A DNA stretch of 46,046 bases from a virus. The translations under genes and the position numbers were made by a program. The stretch lies in the IMG/VR virus record IMGVR_UViG_3300037761_000122, positions 1-46,046 of that record. One strand, 5' to 3'. Below the pieces are notes generated by a model that saw only the letters and a list, made by a program, of their open reading frames with translations, did not search any database and was not told the origin of the DNA. Below, piece by piece: positions 32,246 to 41,544 of this stretch (positions are counted from its first letter, which is position 1; each line of letters opens with the position of its first letter).

Positions 32246-34050
32246 ATCTCGTCCGAACAGCCGGAGGTGAGATCGACCGTCGAGGTAGCCGAGTAGGTGC
32301 TGTTCGGGTTCGGCCATGCGACGTCGATGCTACGTGCCCGGTAGTTGAGCACCTGCCCGCACGCACGGTTCGTGTCGTAGATGCTGCCCGAGCTGCCGGT
32401 GGTCTGCCAGACCGAGTAGCCGCCGCCGTCAACCTGGCGCTCGATCGAGATCGACGTGCCGGGCGCGTTCTGCGCCACCGTGACCTCGATAAGCGGGCCG
32501 GGGCCGTCCTGCGCAGCCGAACAGCCTGGCGCCGCGATCAGCGTCTGCGCGATCGTCTCAGCCGTGTAGGAGCTCGTCACGCCGCCCTTACGGTGCCGGA
32601 CGCGCCAATAGTAGGATTCGTGATTCGTGCGGCCGGTGCGGGCGAGTGTGGCCACGGCTGCAGCCAGCACCGTGACGAGCGTCCACGTACCGCCCGTGCC
32701 CTTCTTCTCCCAGAACTCCGTCTCGCACGTCGCGTCGCCGTTCGTCCAGGACGCGGTATAGCCGGTCGTCGTCTCCAGACTCGTGACGGGGGTCGAGGGC
32801 GGAGCGGCGGGCGCGGTCGGTCCGCTGCCCCCTCCTCCACCTCCGCCGGACCCGAGACTGACAGGGGTCACGGGCGAGGCAAAGAACAGATCGGCGCCGT
32901 ACCTGTGCTCCGGCTGCCACACGTCCCTCGTCAGGTCCCACGCCCACACCGTCCACGGGTAGGTGTCGGAGCGGCCGGCTGCGGCCTCGACCGGGTGCAG
33001 CCCGAACAGCATGAGCCGACGCTGAGGGTGATAGCTGACCCACGCGGACTCCGTCTGGTCGATGCTCATCCACGAGCGTAGGCGCGCGCCCACCAGCAGC
33101 TCGACGTGGAACCCGTCGGTCCTGATCGGACCCTGGGCAGAGATGCCCCACCAGTAGCCTTCGGCGAACGTCAGCGCGTTCGGGTTCGTGATGCCGAGCC
33201 CCTTCGTGTTCGTCACGCGCGTGATCTGGTACTGCCAGCCCGCGTAGGCGCGCCCGAACCCGCTGACCCGGTACAGGTCGTCCGACTTCGCGACCAGCAG
33301 ATACGGCCCGCCCTTCCTCAGGGCACTTACCCGTTGGCCCTTCGCCCCGATGATCGCCCACGCGTCGATATCGAACCCGTCGGCCGCGTCCGGGCTCCGA
33401 CCGAGAAACGAATGCCGGAGGTACTCGGGCCGGTCACCGTCGCCTGAGTCCTCCGTGCCGTAGCCGGCAGCGAACAGGACGCCGTTGTACTCCTCGACGC
33501 AGTAGGGCAGAGGCGCGGCCGCCGCGCCGGCGCCGAACACGAACGTGCGGCGCGTGATTGTGCCCGCCGAGTCGATCGCGAGCATCTCGTTACGGGACGC
33601 GTAGGTCGCGGTCGCGTCGGCGATGTACAGCTTCTCGAATACCTCGGCCATGACGGGCCTGGCAGGGGTCGAAGCGTTGTCCCAGGAAGTCGAAGGTGAG
33701 GCGGTCAGGTCGTGGCGTGACGTGGCCTCCGAGCCGGTCGCGAAGTCCATGTCGACCGTGAGGCGGTACGCGTAATGCTTGTCCTCGGCGTCGCTCCAGC
33801 CGATCGCGAGCGCACCCACGTTGGTGAACGGCGCGAGCGCGCACACGTGGTCGACCGGGTCGCCCGCGTTGTCGTCCGTCAGGCTCTGCACGATCCTCGA
33901 GCCGCCTCGAGTGCGGAGCCTGCCCGCCGGCGTCGGTACGAGGTTCTCGCCCTCGGCCAGAGTGCCGGGCGCGAGCGTGCCGGGCTCGGCGTCCTCGGCG
34001 ATGCCGTGGACCCAGCCAGCTACGACGCGGGGGCGGACAGCGAGACGCAT
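32242..34050 (-). CDS. Large tail protein (nozzle/tubular-B-like) with poly-Gly linker and two FN3-like C-terminal domains
   Basis: 602 aa. Linker GSGGGGGGGSGPTAPAAPPSTP. Two ~90-aa Ig/FN3-like repeats at the C-terminus. The role assignment is positional. Confidence 0.45.
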   Translation of the reverse strand: MRLAVRPRVVAGWVHGIAEDAEPGTLAPGTLAEGENLVPTPAGRLRTRGGSRIVQSLTDDNAGDPVDHVCALAPFTNVGALAIGWSDAEDKHYAYRLTVDMDFATGSEATSRHDLTASPSTSWDNASTPARPVMAEVFEKLYIADATATYASRNEMLAIDSAGTITRRTFVFGAGAAAAPLPYCVEEYNGVLFAAGYGTEDSGDGDRPEYLRHSFLGRSPDAADGFDIDAWAIIGAKGQRVSALRKGGPYLLVAKSDDLYRVSGFGRAYAGWQYQITRVTNTKGLGITNPNALTFAEGYWWGISAQGPIRTDGFHVELLVGARLRSWMSIDQTESAWVSYHPQRRLMLFGLHPVEAAAGRSDTYPWTVWAWDLTRDVWQPEHRYGADLFFASPVTPVSLGSGGGGGGGSGPTAPAAPPSTPVTSLETTTGYTASWTNGDATCETEFWEKKGTGGTWTLVTVLAAAVATLARTGRTNHESYYWRVRHRKGGVTSSYTAETIAQTLIAAPGCSAAQDGPGPLIEVTVAQNAPGTSISIERQVDGGGYSVWQTTGSSGSIYDTNRACGQVLNYRARSIDVAWPNPNSTYSATSTVDLTSGCSDEI

Positions 34051-34059
34051 CGGGGTTCC

Positions 34060-34407
34060 CTAGTCGAGCGCCGTGTAGAGGATCACGTAGCCGTCCGTGC
34101 CGCCGGCTCCGGACGCCTGGAGCTCCGCGCTCACCGCCTCGTTGTTGCTACCCAGCAGCGCGACCGGGTAGTTCATGATGAACGGCCCGTTGCTGAAGTC
34201 CCAACGGTGCGTGATCCACGTGGTCGAGCCGTGCTTGATCGTCACGGTCTGGAACGTGCTGACCGCCGCGTCGTAGTGCGCCTCGACGCCGAGCACGAGG
34301 TGCTTCTGATTGGCGACCGCGGCTACCGTGGCCGTCGCTGTAGCGTTGTCGGCCGCAGCCGATTGCGTGGCCTTGCCCCTCAACAGGGGTGCGGTTCCGA
34401 TGGACAT
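34060..34407 (-). CDS. Small tail-associated structural protein
   Basis: 115-aa ORF with an AGGAG RBS. Confidence 0.55.
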   Translation of the reverse strand: MSIGTAPLLRGKATQSAAADNATATATVAAVANQKHLVLGVEAHYDAAVSTFQTVTIKHGSTTWITHRWDFSNGPFIMNYPVALLGSNNEAVSAELQASGAGGTDGYVILYTALD

Positions 34408-34632
34408 CTACAGTACTCCTAGCAAGAGAAACGCGAGAACGAACGAGGCGCGCCGGATGTGCGTGATGGCCCCCGACGTGCGGACAAGGCGGTCCGACGC
34501 GTCGAGTTCGCCTTCCTGGCCGGGTGCGCCGCCGCCGGGCTCGCCGGCTCCCGCCCACGCGTCTTCGTCCCACGTGTCGGCCGCCCACGTGTCGGCATCC
34601 CAGCAGCTTCCCGCGGATCCCGGAAATGACAT
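34408..34632 (-). CDS. Acidic Trp-repeat protein with C-terminal TM
   Basis: 74 aa from the ATG at 34632 (TAATG overlap). WDADTWAADTWDEDAW is encoded by a 13-bp direct repeat (34569..34581 and 34584..34596). Confidence 0.45.
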   Translation of the reverse strand: MSFPGSAGSCWDADTWAADTWDEDAWAGAGEPGGGAPGQEGELDASDRLVRTSGAITHIRRASFVLAFLLLGVL

Positions 34633-35546
34633 TAGGCTGGGCCCCACTCGGTGCCGACGGTGCCATCTCCAGTCAGCGCCGCATCGTTGATCGACTGTAC
34701 GTTCGCGTCGACCTGGCCGGCCACCGTGAACGTGAGCGAGTCCGTCTTGGCCTTGATCGCGTCCACCACGGTGTCAACGTCCGCGATCTCGTCGTCCACC
34801 GTCTGAAGCGCAGTGGCCGTCGCGAGCCCGTTCTGGAACGCGGTGACCGCGGTGGCGTTCGGCGCGTCGACCAAGTTCATCTGCGCGCCCGAGATTGCGA
34901 GCGGCGAGCCGTTACGAGTCGTGGCGTCGAACCCGGTCAGGAAGAACAGGGTGCCGTCCCCGGGCGTGAAGTCCATCGCGCCACCGTCGTCGATCTTGTT
35001 GACTGTGGCGATGAGTGTCGAGTTCACGAAGCCGGTGATTCGGACGTGATTCTGGTTGCCGTTGCTGGCTACCGCGAGCGCCGTCAGTCCCTTGAGCGCG
35101 TCGTCGGCTGTGTTGGCATCCACGACGCCGGTCAGGTCAATCGCGGTAGCCGTGTGTGAGCCAGACGCGCCGAGCACATGGCCCGCGCCGAATAGGGACT
35201 CACCGAGGGCGCGTTGGGCGGCTTCCGCAACCGTCTCGATCTGGAACTGCCCGACCTCTTGTCCGACGACGGACACGCTATCGACCGTTCCGGCTTCGAT
35301 CACGACGGTGTAGTGCGTACCGGCTGCGTAGCCGTTCGCGGTGGTGGCGACGACGGCGACGTTGTTGAATCCGGTCTTGCTGTCGTAGTCTACTGTGAGC
35401 GTGAGTCCCGCAGTGATCTGCGTCAGACTTCCGTCTACGTAGATCGAGATCGACGGCGTGCCCGCAAGCGCGAACGGCGCACCCGTCGTGAACTGGCGGG
35501 TGTTGAACTTGAGGTTGAACGTCGAGCCGAGGGCTACTTTTCTCAT
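34632..35546 (-). CDS. Tail fibre protein
   Basis: 304 aa. T/A/G/V-rich beta composition. C-terminal VDAIKAKTDSLTF...VDANVQSINDAALTGDGT...W pattern seen in phage fibres. Confidence 0.6.
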   Translation of the reverse strand: MRKVALGSTFNLKFNTRQFTTGAPFALAGTPSISIYVDGSLTQITAGLTLTVDYDSKTGFNNVAVVATTANGYAAGTHYTVVIEAGTVDSVSVVGQEVGQFQIETVAEAAQRALGESLFGAGHVLGASGSHTATAIDLTGVVDANTADDALKGLTALAVASNGNQNHVRITGFVNSTLIATVNKIDDGGAMDFTPGDGTLFFLTGFDATTRNGSPLAISGAQMNLVDAPNATAVTAFQNGLATATALQTVDDEIADVDTVVDAIKAKTDSLTFTVAGQVDANVQSINDAALTGDGTVGTEWGPA

Positions 35547-35561
35547 TGCCTGTTCCTTGAG

Positions 35562-36314
35562 TTATCCTGCGAGGCCACCGTGGTCGCCCGCCAATCCGCC
35601 TGGTCCTGCTAGTCCACCCGGTCCTGCGAGCGCGCCCATGATCCTGCCGCCACCTGCCGCTGCGGGCCGAATCGCGATCGCGCACATGCAGCCCATGTCG
35701 GCGGAAGTGCCTGTCGCGTGAACGGTCGGGTCGCCCGTCGCAGTCTCGGACGTGCCCAGGCCCTTCACGTGTGCGTTCGTCAGGGCGCCCGAGTTCGTGG
35801 CGTAGTCTTGGGTGTCGGAGGTCGTTGGGTCAGCGCGATCGGCACGCTCCGACGTGGCCCCGAGGACGACGTCGCCGGACGCCGTTCCCGCGAGGCTGGT
35901 GGTCTGCGCACCGTTCGTGGCCGACGAGAATCCCGTGGCGACCACGTCCTCGCCGTCGTCCCAATAGTCCGCGGTAAGGATGTACTCGACCTCGTCGGCA
36001 CCCAGGTCGATCGCAACGGCGCTACCGCTCATGGAGCCGACTTCCGTCGCATCCAGGTGGTAGATCCCCGCCGCAGTCGTCGCCGCGTCCGTCAGCCTGT
36101 TTCGCGTCTCGATGTTGACCGCAACGGCGACACCGCCCACGGTGGCCGTGGCAGGTAGGATGCTATCGTCACGCGCCGCCGGTCCCGTCGAAGTTCTCAG
36201 GTGGGCGCGGAGCGTGATCGCCGTGGCGGTGCCGGGAACCGTCAGCGTCTCGTTGATGATGTTGTCGAACGAGGCGAGCACTCCGGTGAACGTTTCGCGG
36301 GAGATGAAGGCCAT
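35562..36314 (-). CDS. Tail fibre-like protein with C-terminal GGLAGP repeats
   Basis: 250 aa. C-terminus GALAGPGGLAGPGGLAGDHGGLAG. Confidence 0.55.
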   Translation of the reverse strand: MAFISRETFTGVLASFDNIINETLTVPGTATAITLRAHLRTSTGPAARDDSILPATATVGGVAVAVNIETRNRLTDAATTAAGIYHLDATEVGSMSGSAVAIDLGADEVEYILTADYWDDGEDVVATGFSSATNGAQTTSLAGTASGDVVLGATSERADRADPTTSDTQDYATNSGALTNAHVKGLGTSETATGDPTVHATGTSADMGCMCAIAIRPAAAGGGRIMGALAGPGGLAGPGGLAGDHGGLAG

Positions 36315-37607
36315 TCAGCAGCTCCCCGGCTCGCAGCCGCTGATATACAGCTCACGCTGGTACCAGTAATGCTCGTTGTCTGCCGCATACTGCGAGTGGT
36401 ACATCTCGAAGCCGTCGAGCAAGCGCCCGGAGAAGTTCGGATCGCTCCAGTCCAGGCCACCCCACGGGCTGTCGTTGACCTCTGTGCCGTTGACCCAAAT
36501 GCGCAACTCGCCGTCGCCGGCGCCGTTCGCGCTTTCGGCCTGCCTCCAGTATTCGACCGTCCACTCGGTGTCGAATGCGGGCGGGAAGGCGTAGCCCGCA
36601 CCCGTGATATAGAACTGGTGCGGATCGGGACCAGGTAGACCGCCGTGCTGGACCGCCCATAGGTCGCCACCAGAGCACGTCGCGGAATAGAACTCGTTCG
36701 CGCCCTCGCCGATCTTCGCCGTCGGCTCGACGCCGTAGTAATTGAGCTTGATTCCGTTGAGTTCGCCCTGGCACGGAGAGAGTCCTGCTGTGGGGATGTA
36801 GAGCCGGAACATGATGTACTGTTGCTCCAGACCACCACCGACGTAGCCGACGCCCCCGAAGTTGCTACCGAGTCCCGTGAAGCGATTCAGCTTGCCGCCC
36901 CATCCACCACCCGACGTTCGGTGTGTGAACTTGACCGAAAACCCTGAGCCTGTCGGATTGCCAGCGTCAGCGACCACCTCGGCATTGGCCTCGTAAGACG
37001 ACACGTCGAACCAGCCGGGTTGACCGCCACCCGCACGACGAGGGAGCGAGTCGAACGTGCCGGGGTTGTTCCACACGGTCACGAACCCCGCGGGCTCGTT
37101 CGGATGCAGTCCAGAAACAGTCATCTCGACACCGAGCAAGGTGTCCGGCGCCGACCACCCTCCAGACGTGCCCTTGTAGCCCGTCACGATGTCGACGACC
37201 GCGCCGGAATCCGCCGCGATCGAGTCACGCTGGATCGCGCCGAGCGTGTCGCCGAAGTACTGAGGCGCGGAGAAGTTGCCGCCCGACGTGTCCACAAGGA
37301 TGTACGCTGAGTCCTGCGCGTCACCGCCAGACCCTACGTACGTTCCGAGGTCGATCCAGAGACTGTCGCCCTGGGTACGGTAGACGGTCGCGATGGTCGT
37401 CGGGGCGTTCGGGGCTCCTGCCGGGGGCGCGCCACCACCAGGGTCGCCAGGACCCGATTGACCGGGTGCGAGCACCGCCCCGCCGAATCCACCAAAGAAC
37501 GAGAGGGCGCCAAACGTCAGCGCCGTAGTCACGGACGCGGTCAGGCCCGCGATCACCGGCCACCTCACCGCGTCATGGCGGGCACGGCGCTCAGGGAGAT
37601 TGTTCAC
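36315..37607 (-). CDS. Virion-associated concanavalin-like polysaccharide-lyase-type protein (paralogue of 22274..23278)
   Basis: 430 aa. N-terminal hydrophobic segment with the SFFGGFGGAVLA motif. The C-terminal ~260 aa align block by block with the secreted paralogue. Confidence 0.65.
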   Translation of the reverse strand: MNNLPERRARHDAVRWPVIAGLTASVTTALTFGALSFFGGFGGAVLAPGQSGPGDPGGGAPPAGAPNAPTTIATVYRTQGDSLWIDLGTYVGSGGDAQDSAYILVDTSGGNFSAPQYFGDTLGAIQRDSIAADSGAVVDIVTGYKGTSGGWSAPDTLLGVEMTVSGLHPNEPAGFVTVWNNPGTFDSLPRRAGGGQPGWFDVSSYEANAEVVADAGNPTGSGFSVKFTHRTSGGGWGGKLNRFTGLGSNFGGVGYVGGGLEQQYIMFRLYIPTAGLSPCQGELNGIKLNYYGVEPTAKIGEGANEFYSATCSGGDLWAVQHGGLPGPDPHQFYITGAGYAFPPAFDTEWTVEYWRQAESANGAGDGELRIWVNGTEVNDSPWGGLDWSDPNFSGRLLDGFEMYHSQYAADNEHYWYQRELYISGCEPGSC

Positions 37608-39007
37608 GCTACACTCCGTCCCGAGTGGGTGTAGTGCGTGAACGCGTAGCCTTTCGTCCCGCCATTGAGTTGGGTACGCACGCGTGCTTCTGGGTAGCCG
37701 ACGCCGTAGAGGTAGTTCACCAGCGGGCGGGCGGCTTCGTGCGGTCCCTCGAAGTACACCCAGTTGTTGTCCGAGTGGTTATCCGCAAGGTATTTCAGCC
37801 GGGTTGCGGCACGGAGCGCGGCCGAGTCCGACCATAGGTGCGCATCACCGTACCCGAGCCTTCGGATGATCTCGACCGTCGCGAGCGCGGGTCCGAGCGC
37901 CTCCTCCACGTAGCGCAGCGTCGTGGCGCCCGGATAGACGGTCCACTGGTCGCCCGAATTCGGGATCGTGCCCTTGGCCGTGGTCCACGTCACGTCGCCC
38001 GTCCCAATGTTGTGGGTGGCGACAACGCGATTCACGCCATCAGCCGTGAAGTACAGCCGCTCGCCGACGATCGACGTTGTGGGCGCGTTCGCTCCGAGGT
38101 TTGCAGCCGTCGTCGTGCCGTCTGACGGGAAAGTCCCGCTCCAGAACGAGTCGTCGCGTCGCATCTCCTCCGGCTGGATGCCGTCAAAGTCGTGACCGAA
38201 GCGCGTCACGCCTTGGCCCACGATCCCACGCAGCGTGGCTGAGTCGGCCGGGTCTTCGTGCCACGACAGATCCGGCGAAGCGGTCGGTCCCCACAGCGCT
38301 TCCGCGCCACCGCGGGTTCTGTCACCCAACCAGAACGCGACCTCCTCCACGATGCCATCGAGCTCCGCCGTGTCGCCGATGTAGGCGTACGTGATGATGC
38401 AGGTCCACCGGCAGTAATTCCCGATGTTGTTGGGCCTGGCGTAGGCTCCGTCCCTGACACTGGTCATCCCGCCGCCGACGTAGGATTCCGTGAGCGCACC
38501 TTCCGCGAAGGCCGAGAAATCGGCGTGCAGCGTCGGGTTGTTGACCCTGATGTTGCACATGTCAGCGGCCAAGACGTACGCCCCAAGGTTGCGGGCGTAG
38601 CCGAGTGCTTGGGTGTTGTCCTTCGGATATCCTGCGTCGATCAGGTCTTGCAAGTACGCCTCGACCTTCGTCCGGTAGGACGCCGTGCCGGTCCGGAGGT
38701 ACACGAGCCCACCCGAGAGTGCGTAGAGGTTCGTCGTCGAATCCTGGTCGTCCATCGCAGCGGCGGGCCACGTCGCATCCGCCGTCGCGAGCATGTCCGT
38801 CCAGTCGTCTCCGCTCATCGGGCGGGTGTCGATTTCCGCTTTCGAGATCCACAGGCCCAAGGGCCTCGGATCACTTGGCGCATAGCGAGCATTCCCCGCC
38901 AGCACCGGGCCGGCGAAGCCACCAAAGAAAGAGCGCGCACCGTAGTCGAGGGGCTCAAGGAGCTTGCTCACGCTTCCGCTCCCGCCAGCGTTCCACGATC
39001 TCGTCAA
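37604..39007 (-). CDS. Alginate-lyase / heparinase-like (alpha/alpha toroid) polysaccharide lyase
   Basis: 467 aa. WTDMLATADATWP...LVYLRTGTASYRTKVEAYL...ARNLGAYVLAAD resembles an Alginate_lyase-type N-domain. N-terminal SFFGGFAGPVLA motif. A start at GTG ~38969 is also possible. Confidence 0.6.
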   Translation of the reverse strand: MTRSWNAGGSGSVSKLLEPLDYGARSFFGGFAGPVLAGNARYAPSDPRPLGLWISKAEIDTRPMSGDDWTDMLATADATWPAAAMDDQDSTTNLYALSGGLVYLRTGTASYRTKVEAYLQDLIDAGYPKDNTQALGYARNLGAYVLAADMCNIRVNNPTLHADFSAFAEGALTESYVGGGMTSVRDGAYARPNNIGNYCRWTCIITYAYIGDTAELDGIVEEVAFWLGDRTRGGAEALWGPTASPDLSWHEDPADSATLRGIVGQGVTRFGHDFDGIQPEEMRRDDSFWSGTFPSDGTTTAANLGANAPTTSIVGERLYFTADGVNRVVATHNIGTGDVTWTTAKGTIPNSGDQWTVYPGATTLRYVEEALGPALATVEIIRRLGYGDAHLWSDSAALRAATRLKYLADNHSDNNWVYFEGPHEAARPLVNYLYGVGYPEARVRTQLNGGTKGYAFTHYTHSGRSVA

Positions 39008-39119
39008 TCGCCGTATCCGCGCGTGCCTTCGCCTTCTCCGACGCCCGCAGCACGACCGTGGCGGCAGCCGAAGCGGCCGCGACCTTCGCGGCGGTCAGGA
39101 CGGGGCGAACCAGCTTCAT
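38955..39119 (-). CDS. 54-aa Ala-rich peptide
   Basis: MKLVRPVLTAAKVAAASAAATVVLRASEKAKARADTAIDEIVERWRERKREQAP. ATGA overlap with the connector stop. Confidence 0.4.
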   Translation of the reverse strand: MKLVRPVLTAAKVAAASAAATVVLRASEKAKARADTAIDEIVERWRERKREQAP

Positions 39120-39769
39120 TCGAACGCGTCCGCGTAGATGCGGGAGCGCGAGTTCTGCACGCCGCGCTGCCCCACATGGCTGATGAGTTGTGCCCGCCGG
39201 TCGAACCAGCGGTCTCGGAGATCGGGCGGGGTGCGCTGTTCACCACCGAGCGCGAATGCGTAGATGGCTTCCAGCGCGATCACGTCGTGGAACCGAAGCG
39301 GGATCCCGCCAGGCACGTCCGAATCGCTCGTGAGCAGCGCGGGCCACGTCTGGTAGCGCATCCACACGTCCTTGCCGGCTTCGGAGTCGGGTGAAGTCTC
39401 CAGCACCGCCGCGGAGTCGATGCCGGTAACGACGAAGTGGTCAGGGCCGGCGTCTCTGAGCTCGTCCAGGCGCACTTCGTGGAGCGTCAGCCCTTGGGCG
39501 TCGGTCCAACGCACTTCGAGCCACCGGGCGAAGTCCTCGAGAGCCGTGGCTTGGGTCGCGAACGTGTGGAGGTGCGAGGTCGACGAGTCGGCCGTCAGCG
39601 TGACGGTCCGAGTGTTGTAGCCGGGGTTCTGGCGGTTGATGTCCGTGACGAGCGAGTCGCACGCTTCTTGGATGACAGCTTCCAGGACATCGTCGGAGTA
39701 CGCCGGGTCGTCCGTCTCGACGGCCAGCAGTCGGCGGATGCTCGTCTTGATCGCGGAGCGGCTCGCCAC
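39116..39769 (-). CDS. Head-tail connector/adaptor protein
   Basis: 217 aa. DDVLEAVIQEACDSLVTDI resembles gp6-like connector N-termini. Position lies between the head and tail genes. Confidence 0.5.
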   Translation of the reverse strand: MASRSAIKTSIRRLLAVETDDPAYSDDVLEAVIQEACDSLVTDINRQNPGYNTRTVTLTADSSTSHLHTFATQATALEDFARWLEVRWTDAQGLTLHEVRLDELRDAGPDHFVVTGIDSAAVLETSPDSEAGKDVWMRYQTWPALLTSDSDVPGGIPLRFHDVIALEAIYAFALGGEQRTPPDLRDRWFDRRAQLISHVGQRGVQNSRSRIYADAFE

Positions 39770-39770
39770 G

Positions 39771-40073
39771 TCACGCCGCCCGGCTAGCCCGCGCGTGCGA
39801 CATGCACAGCCCGTCCTCGATCGGCTTGCCCTTGCACGGCTCGCCGGCCTTCGTCGTGGCCGTGCAGCGATCTGTTGGCTTCGCCCGTGCCGCGTCGTTC
39901 TTCGCGTCGGTCAGGTCGCGCTCCAGCTTCATCCACCGGGCGAAGCATTGCTCGGGGTTCTCCCTCCACTGCTTGCCGTTGCGGAAGAACTCGACGAACG
40001 ACTTGATGGGCGCGTCCGGATACTCGACCTCGACGTAGTTCTGCGAGCCCCAATCCCACTCGGATAGCTTCAC
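39771..40073 (-). CDS. Hypothetical protein with C-terminal CxxxxKxGxxC...CxxH motif
   Basis: 100 aa. RCTATTKAGEPCKGKPIEDGLCMSHA. Confidence 0.55.
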   Translation of the reverse strand: MKLSEWDWGSQNYVEVEYPDAPIKSFVEFFRNGKQWRENPEQCFARWMKLERDLTDAKNDAARAKPTDRCTATTKAGEPCKGKPIEDGLCMSHARASRAA

Positions 40074-40555
40074 ACGGTCCCCCTGGAGTCCTTGATGATG
40101 CGCCTGGCCCTACCTGCCACCGTTCCCGTCTGATGGCTCGCCAGCGCGCCCCTGAGCCGCCTACCGCGGCCTCCGGTGTCCGTCGTCATGTCGGCGAACG
40201 CCTGGCCGGCCTCGCGGTAGCGCCGCTTGCCCTCCACCGCGTTCTCCTTGATGCGCCGCTCGATCTCCCTGCGCGGTGAGCCAGCCCCGTCGTAGGGGTT
40301 GCCGACGAACGTCTTGGCGAGGTTGGCGAGCGCTTCCCTCATCGCGTCGTCGTCGAGCTCCCGGAACGGATACAGGCCCGTCACCGGATCGACCGGCGCC
40401 GTGAACACGCCCCAGAACTGCGAGCGCGCGATCCCGTCACCGCACGTCAACAGAAACTCCCAGCGTCCGAGCCCTTCGTTGAACCGGATATCGTCCTGCT
40501 CGAATCCGGTCAGGTCGCGAAGGGCTCGGACCCAGGAAGCTTTCGGCTCTCTCAC
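40070..40555 (-). CDS. Hypothetical head-module protein
   Basis: 161 aa from the GTG at 40555. The N-terminal two thirds of the 318-aa ORF is a shadow frame over the beta-helix gene. Confidence 0.45.
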   Translation of the reverse strand: MREPKASWVRALRDLTGFEQDDIRFNEGLGRWEFLLTCGDGIARSQFWGVFTAPVDPVTGLYPFRELDDDAMREALANLAKTFVGNPYDGAGSPRREIERRIKENAVEGKRRYREAGQAFADMTTDTGGRGRRLRGALASHQTGTVAGRARRIIKDSRGTV

Positions 40556-40557
40556 GC

Positions 40558-41487
40558 TTAGTTCGGCCGTCCAGAAGCCGTCCCGGTAGCGGTCGAAGAC
40601 GAGCCTTCGGCCTGCGTCTTGTTGTCGCAGAAGAACACGTTCGTGGCGATGGCGAACTTCGCCGTGCTGAAGACCGTCGTGTGGAACTTGTTTCCGACGA
40701 CGAGCCCGGTGGTGCTGGTGTCGTCGATGTCCAAGAATCGCGTCGGCTCGGTGCCGGAAACGGCCGAAAAGACGTTGTACGCGATCTCCCAATCGTTCAC
40801 GAACCCGCCCTGCACGATGCAGTCGGTCGCAATCTTTGCGAACCTGTTGCGTGCGACGTAATACTGACCGCCGGGGTTCGAGCCGCCCTCGAACGTGACG
40901 TTGAGTCCGTTCGTGCAGTTGTTGATCAGGTTGTCGACGAGGCGGATGTCGAAGACCGTATTGGCTGCGTCTCCCACACCATTGGCGATGTGCACCGCGT
41001 TGGTGCCGCCGTCGCCGATCTTGCAACCCACGGCCTCGAAGCGCCGCATGTTGCCGGTGAGTAGGAGTCCGTCACCGGTCGATCTAGGCGCGAGGTTCAG
41101 GTTGTACAGCCCGACCTCGCTGACCCCGTCGACCGTCATCGGCGTCTTGGTGGCGCCCGCCGACGAGGCCGTGATCCTGATTGAGTGACGCGGGCCGACA
41201 CCGATCAACGACACCTGCGCCTTGGTGACGATGACGTCCTCGTTGTACTCGCCGGGCGCACCGTAGATGGTGTCGCCGGCTGAGGCCAGGTCGTGCGCCG
41301 CCTGCCATGACGCGAGCGCTTGCCCCCACGACTTGCCGTCGTGGCTGCCGCCGTCCGCGCCCGTCTTCGTGACGAACCACTGGTTGCCTGACGGCGCAAC
41401 GTTCAGCTTGCTCTCGATCTCACGAGCCGCGGCCAGGTTGCCGATCCCGTCGCGGAGCCATCCGAATGTGCTTGTGCTGAGTCCCAT
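40558..41487 (-). CDS. Right-handed beta-helix protein encoded directly after the major capsid gene
   Basis: 309 aa with a GGAGGA RBS. WFVTKTGADGGSHDGKSWGQA...AGDTIYGAPGEYNEDVIV (DUF1565/pectin-lyase-fold N-cap) plus NxxxNN-type coils. Confidence 0.65.
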   Translation of the reverse strand: MGLSTSTFGWLRDGIGNLAAAREIESKLNVAPSGNQWFVTKTGADGGSHDGKSWGQALASWQAAHDLASAGDTIYGAPGEYNEDVIVTKAQVSLIGVGPRHSIRITASSAGATKTPMTVDGVSEVGLYNLNLAPRSTGDGLLLTGNMRRFEAVGCKIGDGGTNAVHIANGVGDAANTVFDIRLVDNLINNCTNGLNVTFEGGSNPGGQYYVARNRFAKIATDCIVQGGFVNDWEIAYNVFSAVSGTEPTRFLDIDDTSTTGLVVGNKFHTTVFSTAKFAIATNVFFCDNKTQAEGSSSTATGTASGRPN

Positions 41488-41544
41488 TTTTCTAGGTCCT
41501 CCGGCGGGCGGACCCGAGCCCGCCCGCCGTGTTCAGGGTCAGGG

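Noticed and set aside
35562-35645. CRISPR-like or other non-coding tandem repeat in the GGLAGP-coding DNA.
   Set aside because: The repeats are short (15-18 nt), in frame and inside a well-supported ORF. No spacer-repeat architecture exists anywhere in the window.
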